Source: an uncultured Actinomycetota bacterium (GTDB lineage: Bacteria; Actinomycetota; Actinomycetes; Jiangellales; Jiangellaceae). Taken from it: a stretch of 64,000 nt of DNA. Where the stretch lies: positions 212,011 through 276,010 of the forward strand of contig CAVQGZ010000008.1 in assembly GCA_963712175.1 (NCBI GenBank), given 5' to 3'. A program made the translations under genes and the position numbers. Under the pieces are notes generated by a model. The model saw only the letters and a list, made by a program, of their open reading frames with translations. It was not told the DNA's origin and made no database searches. Each line of letters starts with the position of its first letter. The first letter of the stretch is position 1. Shown here one piece after another: positions 1 through 8,956 of this stretch.

Positions 1-1
1 G

Positions 2-445
2 CGCGGCGTCCTCGTTGCCGTTCACCGCTCGGCAGCGCTCGTCGGCCTCTCGCTGACCGTCGGGCATGTCGCGCTCGCCGTACTCGACCCGTGGGTGGAC
101 GTCTCCGTCATGGCGACGGTCGTGCCGGGCGTCTCGTCATGGGAGCCTTGGTGGACCGGCGTCGGAGCCGTGGCCGTCGACCTGTTGCTGGTTCTGGCCG
201 TCACGTCGGCCTTGCGTGGGCGGACTCCGCGCACTTGGTGGGCCGTGCACGTGCTCGCCTACCCCGCGTGGCTGCTGGCCACCGCCCACGCGCTGGCGAT
301 CGGCACCGATGCGTGGCGCGAGCCCTACCTGATCGTGAGCCTCGCCGGGGGGCTCTGGTGGCGATCTCGGCAGCCCTTCGGGTGCAGGCGAGCCGGTCGG
401 GACGACCCGCCGGTGTACCTGCCCGACGCGAGCGGGCGGTCCTGA
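2..445 (+). CDS. ferric-reductase-like di-haem transmembrane protein (5' end cut by window edge)
   Basis: Frame is open from the window edge (RGVLVAVHRSAALVGLSLTVGHV...) into ORF 95..445. Two His pairs in hydrophobic helices (H-x13-H in HRSAALVGLSLTVGH; H-x12-H in HVLAYPAWLLATAH), as in FRD/MsrQ/NOX haem b domains. Confidence 0.6.
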   Translation, partial: RGVLVAVHRSAALVGLSLTVGHVALAVLDPWVDVSVMATVVPGVSSWEPWWTGVGAVAVDLLLVLAVTSALRGRTPRTWWAVHVLAYPAWLLATAHALAIGTDAWREPYLIVSLAGGLWWRSRQPFGCRRAGRDDPPVYLPDASGRS

Positions 446-446
446 G

Positions 447-1745
447 ATGAGCATGGCTTCTGCCGTCACGGCCGTCGCAGGCGCCTCCGCCGACCCTTCG
501 CTGGTGACGATGCTGCCGGGCGTCCCGGTGCGTGGGCGACCTGCGGGTCCACGTCCGGACCTACTGGTGGGCGCCGGGTCGTTGCTTCTGGCCGAGGTGG
601 TCCCGGGGTCGCGTCGCAGCTGGCGGGAGCACGTGGCGCGGCTGGGGCCCCTACCAGAGCTCGACCTCGACGCACTCGGCGACGCAGCCGAGGCGGCAGG
701 CCTGCGGGGGTTCGGAGGCGCCGGGTTCCCGACCGCGACCAAGCTGCGGTCGATGCGCGATCGCGGACCGGCTCTCGTCGTGGTCAACGCCGCCGAGGGG
801 GAGCACGCCAGTGGCAAGGACGGCGCTCTGCTGCGGCACGTGCCGCACTTGGTGCTCGACGGGGCCGCTCTGGCCGCTCGCGCCCTAGGCGCGGGCTTGG
901 TCACCGTACGGGTCTCGGCCGACCGACCCGACCTCCCGGACGCGGTGACCGAGGCTACTGCTGAGCGTGGTCACGTGCCCCGCGTGCAAGTCTCGGTGGG
1001 GCCGGCGACCTTCACTGCCGGCGAGGCGAGCGCGGTGGTCAACGCGCTGGCCGGAGGCCCGGCGTTGCCCTCGTCGCTCGGTCGCCCGCCCCGCGTCCCG
1101 TCCCGGCTGCTCCGGCGGGGCAAGCCGGTGCTGGTGTCCAACGTGGAGACGTTCGCCCGGCTTGCTCTCGCCGCCCGGTCGTTGCCCTCGGCCAGCGCTC
1201 TGCTCACCCTGAGCGGCGCCGTATCGCGGCCCGGGGTGGTGGAACTGCCCGAGTCTGCCCGGCTCGTCGACGCCGTTCGTCTCGCCGGCGGGGCGTCCGA
1301 GCCCATCGCCGGAGTCGTCACGGGTGGCTGGCACGGCCGGTGGCTTCCCTGGGGCGAGCCGGTGGCCGAGGCAACCCTGTCTCGCGAGGGCCTGGCGGCC
1401 GTCGGCGGACGTCGGGGAGCGGGGGTCGTCGTGGCGCTGCCGTCGTCCGCATGCCGGATGTCCGTCGTCGCGGCCGTCGCCCGCACGCTGGCGGATGCGA
1501 GTGCAGGTCAGTGCGGGCCCTGCCGGGCGGGCCTCCCGTTCGCTGCCGCTGCACTGTCGCAGGCCGCGGCGTCCACGATGGTGCTCGGACCCGCGCTCGC
1601 AGACGCCGAGGACTCCCTCGCCTCGCTGAGTGGGAGGGGGCTGTGTGCGCACCCCACGGCTTCGGTGGCGGCTCTGAACTCGGCGATCGCCTGGGCGCAG
1701 CCCGACATCGAGCTTCACCGGCACGGCCGGTGCCTGGCCCGATGA
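447..1745 (+). CDS. NuoF-like NADH-binding flavoprotein with 4Fe-4S region
   Basis: 432-aa ORF with NuoF-type motifs: GFGGAGFPTATK, NAAEGEHASGKD, SNVET, GQCGPCRAG, GLCAHP. ATG at 447 follows the upstream TGA (443-445) by 1 nt. Confidence 0.75.
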   Translation: MSMASAVTAVAGASADPSLVTMLPGVPVRGRPAGPRPDLLVGAGSLLLAEVVPGSRRSWREHVARLGPLPELDLDALGDAAEAAGLRGFGGAGFPTATKLRSMRDRGPALVVVNAAEGEHASGKDGALLRHVPHLVLDGAALAARALGAGLVTVRVSADRPDLPDAVTEATAERGHVPRVQVSVGPATFTAGEASAVVNALAGGPALPSSLGRPPRVPSRLLRRGKPVLVSNVETFARLALAARSLPSASALLTLSGAVSRPGVVELPESARLVDAVRLAGGASEPIAGVVTGGWHGRWLPWGEPVAEATLSREGLAAVGGRRGAGVVVALPSSACRMSVVAAVARTLADASAGQCGPCRAGLPFAAAALSQAAASTMVLGPALADAEDSLASLSGRGLCAHPTASVAALNSAIAWAQPDIELHRHGRCLAR

Positions 1746-1966
1746 GCGGCAGGCGGGAGGCAAGGTTGGCCGTGGACTGGCGGCTGTGCGCGGGGCACGG
1801 CGTGTGCTCGGCGGTGGCCCCGGAGCTCATCACCCGGGACCGCTGGGGGTTCCCGGACCTCGGTGGCTCGGACGACGCGTCGGTTCCCCCCGAGCTCGAG
1901 TGGGCCGCACGCTGGGCCGTGGCCAGCTGCCCGGCGGCCGCCCTGGCGCTGCAGCGTGATCGGTAG
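1742..1966 (+). CDS. small ferredoxin
   Basis: ATG at 1742 overlaps the upstream stop (ATGA). 74 aa: RLAVDWRLCAGHGVCSAVAPE...ASCPAAAL, a Fer4_13/15-like Cys pattern. The longer tracked ORF 1340..1966 has an Arg-rich, non-coding-looking N-terminus. Confidence 0.7.
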   Translation: MSGRREARLAVDWRLCAGHGVCSAVAPELITRDRWGFPDLGGSDDASVPPELEWAARWAVASCPAAALALQRDR

Positions 1967-1969
1967 GGG

Positions 1970-2440
1970 TCAGTCCTCGGCCCTGGCTGCCTCGATTACC
2001 GTCGGCACCCCGTCGGCACACGCGACCGTGACCCGCACCTCGTCGTCGCCAGCCTCGAGGCGCACTGTCAGCTGGTCGTCCTCGCGTTCGACCTGCTCGA
2101 CGCGCCAGCCGGCATCGGGCACCGACCACGCGAGCTCCGGCACCTCCTGCTCGCACCGAAGCCCCAGCACAGCGCCAGGAACTCGGCGTTCGACGTTCTC
2201 GGCGAGGCCGGAGGGGAGCGACGTCGAGGGGGTCGGGCTCGGCTCGGCCGACGGCGCACCGTCGCCGGGGTTCGCCAGCGCCATGGCCTGCGCCGGCGTC
2301 AGCACGGTGGCCGAGGAGTCGGGCCCGGCCGAACGCAGGGCCAGCACTCCCAGCACCGCGGCCAAGGGCACCGCCAGTGCCCAGACCACGACAAGCACTC
2401 CGGCCGGTCGACGGCCGCCCGGCGAGGTCTGCCTGGTCAC
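1970..2440 (-). CDS. membrane-anchored hypothetical protein
   Basis: 156-aa ORF with an N-terminal TM helix (VLVVVWALAVPLAAVLGVLAL), a Pro/Ser linker and a small C-terminal domain. Lies between the ferredoxin and the response regulator. Confidence 0.55.
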   Translation of the reverse strand: MTRQTSPGGRRPAGVLVVVWALAVPLAAVLGVLALRSAGPDSSATVLTPAQAMALANPGDGAPSAEPSPTPSTSLPSGLAENVERRVPGAVLGLRCEQEVPELAWSVPDAGWRVEQVEREDDQLTVRLEAGDDEVRVTVACADGVPTVIEAARAED

Positions 2441-2473
2441 CGGAGAAGCATGTCACCCACCTAGGGTTCGATC

Positions 2474-3163
2474 ATGGCGCACCTGCTGCTGATCGAGGAC
2501 GACCCCACGATCCGCAGCGCGCTCATCCGTGCCCTCACGAGCAGGGGGCATGCTGTCGACTCCGCTGCGGACGCGATGAGCGGTCTGCGGCAGATGGTCG
2601 CCGACCCTCCCGACGCGGTCGTGCTCGACCTTGGGCTGCCGGACCTGTCGGGGGAGAGACTCCTGCCCATGATTCGGGCGGTCACCGACGTCCCGGTGGT
2701 GGTGGCGACCGCACGCGACGACGAGGGTCTCGTCGTCCGCCTGCTCGACGCCGGGGCCGACGACTATGTGGTCAAGCCGTTCGACCCGTCCCAGCTCGAG
2801 GCCCGCCTTCGGGCCGTGCTGCGTCGGGCGGGGGGTGGAGCCACGGCCGCTGCCAGCCTCGTCTACCGGGTCGGTGGGCTGAGCGTCGACCCCGCGCGGC
2901 ATGTCGCCGAGGTCGACGGCCGCCTCCTGGACCTGACCCCGCTGGAGTTCGACCTGCTGGCATACCTGGCGGCCAACCCCGGACGCGTGGTCACTCGACG
3001 GGAGCTGCTTCGCGAGGTGTGGCAACGCACCGACACCGGCAGGACGGTGGACGTGCACCTGTCCTGGCTGCGGCGCAAGCTGGGGGAGACGGTGCAGCGG
3101 CCGCGCTTCCTGCACACCGTGCGCGGCGTCGGCGTGCGGCTGGAGGACGGGGACCTGCCGTGA
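2474..3163 (+). CDS. OmpR-family response regulator
   Basis: Receiver domain (LLIEDD..., VVLDLGLPDLSG, KPF) plus winged-helix output (LTPLEFDLLAYLA..., VRGVGVRL). Confidence 0.9.
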   Translation: MAHLLLIEDDPTIRSALIRALTSRGHAVDSAADAMSGLRQMVADPPDAVVLDLGLPDLSGERLLPMIRAVTDVPVVVATARDDEGLVVRLLDAGADDYVVKPFDPSQLEARLRAVLRRAGGGATAAASLVYRVGGLSVDPARHVAEVDGRLLDLTPLEFDLLAYLAANPGRVVTRRELLREVWQRTDTGRTVDVHLSWLRRKLGETVQRPRFLHTVRGVGVRLEDGDLP

Positions 3164-4426
3164 CCCGGCGACTGGTGCTGTTCGGGCTCCTCGTGTGCGC
3201 CGCCGCCGTCGCGGCGCTGGTCGTGCCTCTCGGTGTGGCGGCTCGTGACACGCATCGGGCCGGAGTCGTGGACGCAGCACAGCTGCGGTCTCAGGAGACG
3301 GCGGTCCTGCTGTCCGGGGCTCGGGCGGACGCAGTCGGAGCGCTGCTGCCGGGCGCACCCTCCGGCGCCGGGACGCTGTCGGTCGTCCTGCCAGACGGCG
3401 CCATCGAGGGGGATGAGCCCGACCCCGGGGTCGCGCCAGCCATCGAAGCATCCCGCACGGGATGGACCGTGAGCGTTCAGACGACCAGTGGCGTCGTTGC
3501 AGCCTCGCCGGCTACCGGACCGGACGGCAGATCGGTGGTGCTCGTCGGGCTCGACGCGACCGACCTGCGCGCTGGGCTCGGTCCGAGCCTGGTGGCCCTC
3601 GCTGTTGCCGGGACGGTGCTGCTGGTGGCCGCGGGGGTGACGGCGGTCGTGCTGGCCCGCCGCACAGCGGCTCCGCTGACCGACATCGCCGGCGTGGCCC
3701 ACGAGATGGCCGACGGTGACCTCGACGTGCGCGCCTCGTCATCCGGTGTCCCCGAGGTTGCCGAGGTGGGGGTGGCACTCAATCGGCTGGCCGGGCGAGT
3801 GCAGGAGCTGCTCGCCGCCGAGCGGCGGTCCTCAGCCGACCTCGCTCATCGGCTGCGCACTCCGCTGACGGCCCTGTCCGTGGACCTCGACTCGGTAGCC
3901 GACGGTGAGGCACGAGCCAGGCTGCGCGATGATCTTGACGCCGTGCAGGCCAGCGTCGACGAGATCATCACCAGCCATCGCCGCCCCGAGCGAGAGGGGC
4001 TTCGGGCGTCCAGCGACGCTGTCGAGGTGGTGGCTGCCCGCACCGCGTTCTGGGCTGTGCTGGCCGAGGACCAGCAGCGCCGTCTCGAGGTGCGCCTTGC
4101 CCCGGGCCCACTGTGGGTGCGCCTGTCGCGTGCCGACCTCGAGGCCGCGGTCGACATCGTGATGCAGAACGTGTTCGTGCACACCCCGGAGGCAACCGGG
4201 ATGACGGTCCAGGTGAGTCCCCGCGAGGGCGGTGGGTGCCTGGTGGCGGTGGAGGATGCCGGCCCTGGGTGGTCGAGCGTCCCGACGCGTCGAGCGGGCA
4301 GCACGGGGCTTGGCCTCGACATCGCGGCACGGGCCGCGGAGGCCTCCGGCGGACAGCTGACATCGCGAGACGACCGCCCACGGTGGCGCGCGGGTCGTTC
4401 TCGACCTGGGACCTCCGGCTCACTGA
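3160..4426 (+). pseudogene. sensor histidine kinase (TM-HAMP-HisKA-HATPase), one frameshift near 4381 as assembled
   Basis: GTG at 3160 overlaps the response-regulator stop. H-box SADLAHRLRTPLTAL, G-box GSTGLGLDIA. After ...GGQLTSRDDR the family-typical end (H)GGARVVLDLGPPAH* is in the +1 frame (stop 4424-4426). In frame 1 the ORF instead runs into the cupin gene. Confidence 0.8.
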
Positions 4427-4488
4427 CCTCCGGCCCTTGCCCCGGGACCTGCAGGACGCGATCGTTAAGTCGTCGAGAGGAGAGACGG

Positions 4489-4848
4489 ATGACTGGGTAC
4501 CTGACGACGCTGGAGACCGTCCTGGCCATGGAGCCGGCGTTTCGCAGGGTCCTGGCGACGGCTGGTCACTGCCAGCTGGTGTCGATGACCCTGCTTCCCC
4601 ACGAGGAGATCGGCTCGGAGGTGCACCAGGACGGTGACCAGATGTTCCTGGTGGTCGCTGGGTGGCAGGTGGAGATCACCATCGGCGAGGAGATCCACGA
4701 GTGCTCCACCGGGACCGTGGCGGTCGTCCCCGCGGGCGTGCGGCACAACGTGCTGAACCGCGGAGACATCCCTGCCACCGTCCTCACGGTGTACGCCCCA
4801 CCGGAGCACGAGGCCGGCGTCGTCGAGCTGACCCGCCCAGGTTCCTAG
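4489..4848 (+). CDS. cupin domain protein
   Basis: ATG at 4489 preceded by GAGAGGAGAGA. 119 aa with cupin motifs (GSEVHQDGDQMFLVVAG..., VVPAGVRHNVLN). Confidence 0.75.
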   Translation: MTGYLTTLETVLAMEPAFRRVLATAGHCQLVSMTLLPHEEIGSEVHQDGDQMFLVVAGWQVEITIGEEIHECSTGTVAVVPAGVRHNVLNRGDIPATVLTVYAPPEHEAGVVELTRPGS

Positions 4849-5501
4849 GCGAGCCGGAACGGCGGGTAGCGGTCGGTGACCAGCAGGGTTGCGTAGGCGG
4901 TGACGCGCAGCGCCCAGCGTCCGACCCCGACGACGTAGTCGAACAGGCCCCGCGGGTAGCGACCGGTGAAGAGGATCGCGAACCAGGCGACGACGATGGC
5001 GAACAGGGCGCCGACGAAGAGGAAGCTCAGCACGATGATGTGCGGGATCACGAGCAGCCACTTCACCAGGGGCATCCAGCGGTTGAGGTCGCGTGGGACG
5101 TCGGGGTAGTCGATGTCGAGGTGCACCGACTGCTCCTCGACCGTCGACGGGTAGGTGTCGGTGAGCAGGGCCCCGTAGGCGGACACGCGGGCAGCGAACC
5201 GGTTGAACTGCAGGGCGAAGTCGAACCACCAGCGGGGGTAGCGCTGCCGGAACAGGATCATGAGCAAGGTGGCGGCGAACAGCGCCCCGACGATGCCTCC
5301 CGCGTTGCGACTGACCTGGGACACGATCTCGCCGGTCTCGGTGATGACCGTGACCGTGGACGTGGCTGTGGCCGACAGGATCCCCAGCACGGCGGCGATC
5401 GGGATGATCCAGATGATGCGGAACGCCGTGGTGACCCTGTCCAGGGACTCGGGGTAGTCCACGTCGAGGCGGGCGGGGTAGTGCTCGGTCTGGGTCGTCA
5501 T
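4845..5501 (-). CDS. DUF4389-type membrane protein
   Basis: Internal ATG at 5501 with GAGGGAG upstream. Duplicated motif pattern (YPARLDVDYPE...; LDIDYPDVPRDLNRW...; FAILFTGRYPRGLFD; VTDRYPPF) typical of DUF4389. Confidence 0.75.
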   Translation of the reverse strand: MTTQTEHYPARLDVDYPESLDRVTTAFRIIWIIPIAAVLGILSATATSTVTVITETGEIVSQVSRNAGGIVGALFAATLLMILFRQRYPRWWFDFALQFNRFAARVSAYGALLTDTYPSTVEEQSVHLDIDYPDVPRDLNRWMPLVKWLLVIPHIIVLSFLFVGALFAIVVAWFAILFTGRYPRGLFDYVVGVGRWALRVTAYATLLVTDRYPPFRLA

Positions 5502-5601
5502 GCTGTCTCCCTCAGACGCAGGTGGCCCGGATAGGCACACCCTGCGCATCTGTGTCACCGCCACCGAAGACCTCCGATGGTCGCCGCGCCAGGGCAGAAG
5601 G

Positions 5602-6576
5602 TCACGCGGCCTGCGCCAGCGCCTCGACCGCAGGCCCACGCGCATGACTCAGCAGCGCGAGAGCGGACGCGTGCGCCGCCCGCGCGATAGCAGGGCGACG
5701 CCGCGCGTCGAGCGCTGCTCCGCTCATCACGTCTCGGTCGGCCGGCGTCGGATGGACAACAAGAACCGGCGTCCCGGTGCGTGCGACACGTCGCACCTCG
5801 ACGGCGAGCTGGGCTCGGGCTGCCGTTCGCCAGGCCTGGTCGAGGCTCAGCCTCAGCCGGTCGCTGGTCGACATGGGGGCGCTGACCACCACGACGTCGA
5901 GCCCCTGGTCAGCAACCAGGTCAGCGTTGCACAGCGAGTGCATGCCGCCATCCACGTAGCGCTCTCCGGCGATGGTGACCGGCTCGTAGTAGCCCGGGAT
6001 GGCGCAGGACGCGCCCACAGCCTCGGCCACGGTTGCTGATCGGTGGCCGACGTGGTCGCGGCCGAACACCACCCGACGACCATCGGACAACCGGACCGTA
6101 CAGATCCACAAGTCATCCGTCGGCCACTGCTGGAACAGCCCCGCGAAACCGGCGCGCAGATCGCCCGTCGACTCCCGGCCGGCCGGAAGCAGCGCGGAGG
6201 CGACCGACCCGGGCCGCACGGTCCAGGGCCGCCGCGCTGCCTGGACGAGCATCCGCGGTGCTGCTGGGCGAAGACGTGAACCGCCGGCGGATTGCGCTGG
6301 CCTGCTGCTGCCCATGGACGACGACGTCGGCATGCCTCGCATGATCTGCTGGCCCGGGCGGCTCAGTGGCTCTCCCGTCATGCGAGGCAGGAAGTCCTGC
6401 GGCGGGAATCCCGCACGCAGCAAGGCCGCCGAGGTCGACCCGGCTGAGGTGCCGACCACGACCGACGCCGTGCGGGCGTCCCAGCCGATTGCCTCATGCA
6501 GGGCGGTGATGACCCCGGCGTGAAACGCCGTCCCCGCCAGGCCCCCGCTACCCAGGACCAGCCCGACCCGCGTCAC
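5602..6576 (-). CDS. patatin-like phospholipase
   Basis: GSGGLAG oxyanion motif, GTSAG (GxSxG) nucleophile and a DGG motif (YVDGGMHS). Confidence 0.85.
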   Translation of the reverse strand: MTRVGLVLGSGGLAGTAFHAGVITALHEAIGWDARTASVVVGTSAGSTSAALLRAGFPPQDFLPRMTGEPLSRPGQQIMRGMPTSSSMGSSRPAQSAGGSRLRPAAPRMLVQAARRPWTVRPGSVASALLPAGRESTGDLRAGFAGLFQQWPTDDLWICTVRLSDGRRVVFGRDHVGHRSATVAEAVGASCAIPGYYEPVTIAGERYVDGGMHSLCNADLVADQGLDVVVVSAPMSTSDRLRLSLDQAWRTAARAQLAVEVRRVARTGTPVLVVHPTPADRDVMSGAALDARRRPAIARAAHASALALLSHARGPAVEALAQAA

Positions 6577-6609
6577 GAGCCACCCGCCCCGGCGGCGCAG
6601 CCCAGCCCC

Positions 6610-6810
6610 CTAGCGCGGAGCACGCCCCTCGCGCTCCCCTCCCCGTTCGTTGCTCGGCGGCTGCGGCCTGTCTTGTCCGTAGTAGCCCGCCAGCGCCACG
6701 ACGACGGCCAGTCCGAAGATGCCGACGTTGCCCAGGATCAGTCCCACGACCGCCAGGAACAGGCCGAGGGCGAGGCCGACGCTCAGCGCCGAGCCTGCGA
6801 TGCTCGTCAC
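6610..6810 (-). CDS. small hydrophobic protein (2 TM), hypothetical
   Basis: 66-aa ORF with good GC3 bias and two hydrophobic helices. GTG start sits immediately after a GGAGG (spacing too short), so the start and reality are uncertain. Confidence 0.4.
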   Translation of the reverse strand: MTSIAGSALSVGLALGLFLAVVGLILGNVGIFGLAVVVALAGYYGQDRPQPPSNERGGEREGRAPR

Positions 6811-6925
6811 CCTCCGATGCTAGGCACGCGCCACACCCGCCGGTGGGGTCGTAGGTCCCGGTCGGATCGGGGGGCGACGACGCACGCTCTGGCCGTTGGC
6901 AACGCCTGCCACCTAGGGTCGCCGC

Positions 6926-7625
6926 ATGGCTGCATCGATCGAGGCTGGTCGTCTTCGACGTCAACGAGACGTTGTCCGACATGAGGCCCATCGGCGGTCG
7001 GTTCGCGGCCGTCGGGTTGCCTGAGCACGCCTTCACGACCTGGTTCGCCTCCGTGCTGCGCGACGGGTTCGCCGCTGCCGCGGCCGGAGGGATGATCACC
7101 TTCCGTGACCTCGCTGCCGGAAACCTCGCGGCGATGCTCGAGGCGCATGGGCTCCCGCCGGAGTCCCGCGATGCGCAGGTCGCACACGTCCTGTCCGGCC
7201 TGGCGGACCTGCACGTCCATCCGGACGTCCCGCCAGGCCTTCGATCCCTGGCCGCCGCCGGTATGCGTCTGGTGACGCTCACCAACGGGTCGTCAGCTCT
7301 CAGCGAGACGATGTTCGCTCGCGCCGGGGTGCTCGATCTCTTCGAGCACCGACTCTCGGTCGAGGACGTCGGGCGGTGGAAGCCCGCCCCCGAGCCGTAC
7401 CGCTACGCCGCCGAGCGCTGCGACGTTGACCCGCAGCGAGTTGCGCTGGTCGCCGTCCACCCCTGGGACGTTCGCGGTGCGCAACAGGCGGGGCTGCGCG
7501 GCGTCTGGGTGAACCGCAGCGGTGGCACCTATCCGGCCTACCTCCCGGCACCGGACGCGACAGTTCCGTCTGTGGCCGAGGTCGGCCACGCCGTGGCACG
7601 GCTGAGCGAGGAGGGAAGGGACTAG
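6926..7625 (+). pseudogene. haloacid dehalogenase type II (HAD superfamily), frameshift near 6944 as assembled
   Basis: ORF 6972..7625 has HAD motifs (LTNGS, WKP, HPWDV). The motif-I segment LVVFDVNETLSD lies upstream in the same frame with no ATG/GTG/TTG start. An ATG at 6926 (MAASIE) is in the -1 frame; removing one G at about 6944 joins them. Confidence 0.75.
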
Positions 7626-8245
7626 CTGAAGGCTGCCTCGCAGGCGGGAGCGACCTGCTCGAGGGCGGATACCGCGGCGTCGACGTCATCCTCGGCGATC
7701 AGCGAGACGGCGTTGAGGGAGCCCGCGGCGCAGAGCTTCGCGTTGTCTGCAACGGCCTGTGCCTGGTCGCGTTCCGCCTGAGCCGTCTCGAGGTCTCCCT
7801 CGGCCTGCTCGACGGCCTGCTTCGCCTCATCGAGACTTGTCGTGGCGTCGCTGACCTGCTGGTCCTGGACTGACAGCTGGTCTGCGGCCAGACCCAGGGC
7901 ATCGACGGCCTGCGTCAGCGCGGCTTTCGCCTCGTCGGTGAGCTGACCCGTCTGCTGCTCGGCGTCCGCCTTCTCTTGCTCGAGGGTGGCGTTCGTCGCC
8001 TCGAGGGCGGCGACCTGCTCGGTGAGGGTCGCGTTCTCGGCCTGCAGGGTGGCGATCTCACCCGTGGCGGCATCCTCGCTGGACTGCGCGTCGCTGTTCA
8101 GCGTGAACGCCCAGATGCCCAACCCGACCGCGGCGGCAGCGAACAGTGCGGTGAGCACCTTCCAGACGGTGCCGCTCTGACCGCCCGTGGTGGGGGGTGC
8201 GTTGGCGGGCGGGGGTGGCGTGATGGGCTGTGTCGAGTCGCTCAT
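7622..8245 (-). CDS. membrane-anchored coiled-coil protein
   Basis: 207 aa: Pro-rich N-terminus, one TM helix (VLTALFAAAAVGLGIWAF), then a long Ala/Glu/Gln heptad-like region. Confidence 0.65.
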   Translation of the reverse strand: MSDSTQPITPPPPANAPPTTGGQSGTVWKVLTALFAAAAVGLGIWAFTLNSDAQSSEDAATGEIATLQAENATLTEQVAALEATNATLEQEKADAEQQTGQLTDEAKAALTQAVDALGLAADQLSVQDQQVSDATTSLDEAKQAVEQAEGDLETAQAERDQAQAVADNAKLCAAGSLNAVSLIAEDDVDAAVSALEQVAPACEAAFS

Positions 8246-8343
8246 CGGTCACTCCGTTCAGTCGGCGAGGGCATGCCGCGCCACCCTAGGCCACGGCGGT
8301 AGCCGGTCTCACGCAGCCGGCCACCGCCGTCCCCGCCTGTCGG

Positions 8344-8796
8344 CTAGAGCTTGATGACCGGGCAGACGAACCGACGAACGTCCTCGACCACGCTGAGGAC
8401 ACCGGCCTCGATGGCCTCCTCCACTGCCTCGTTGCTCACGAAGGCGGGCTGTCCGGCGTGCATGCCATCGGCGTGCATCTGCCACCCCGGCTCGTACGAG
8501 ACGGCGTTCACGATCCAACGCCCACCGTTGTAGCCGCGTTGCCCGGGAGCAGCCTCGGCAACCGCCGGCTGAGCGCTGCCGAAGTTGTAGAGCACGTCGA
8601 ACGAGTGGTCAGGCGCGCGGCTGGGCAGGTCTCGGGGGGTCAGGACAGTGCGGTAGGCCTCGCCGTCGACGTAGAACGCCTGGTCGCGAATGACCTGGGC
8701 ACCTTCCGCGGGTTCGGCAGATGCAACCATCCCCGTTCCGGTGAATGCCAGTGCGGCGGCGGCGGCAACCGTGCCAAGACGTGTGAGTGGGCGCAT
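8344..8796 (-). CDS. secreted hypothetical protein
   Basis: ATG at 8796 preceded by AGGAGGAG. Signal peptide MRPLTRLGTVAAAAALAFTGTGMVASA. Confidence 0.65.
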   Translation of the reverse strand: MRPLTRLGTVAAAAALAFTGTGMVASAEPAEGAQVIRDQAFYVDGEAYRTVLTPRDLPSRAPDHSFDVLYNFGSAQPAVAEAAPGQRGYNGGRWIVNAVSYEPGWQMHADGMHAGQPAFVSNEAVEEAIEAGVLSVVEDVRRFVCPVIKL

Positions 8797-8956
8797 GGTG
8801 AGCTCCTCCTGTCGGGACGACGCGGCTCTCGCGTCACCTCCAGACAAGAGGGCCGTGGTTCACAACTCCATATCGCAGTGATGACCGACCTCTTACGGAC
8901 CCGTGACGTGCTGGGCTTTCGTGGCGCCGGAGCCTCCCCGCGATGCGCGTCGAGGC

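Noticed and set aside
2377-4848. An 823-aa ORF that appears to encode one very large protein spanning the response-regulator antisense frame, the kinase and the cupin.
   Set aside because: It is a composite. Its first ~260 codons are an out-of-frame reading of the regulator gene, and its 3' fusion to the cupin is caused by the single-base frameshift at about 4381.
5602-6576. Patatin-like phospholipase (and, separately, the HNH gene at 11868 and the metallophosphoesterase at 37648) as effectors of a CBASS-like or other anti-phage system.
   Set aside because: No cyclase, E1/E2, sensor ATPase, helicase, methylase or other defence partners are adjacent. The neighbours are ordinary metabolic or membrane genes.
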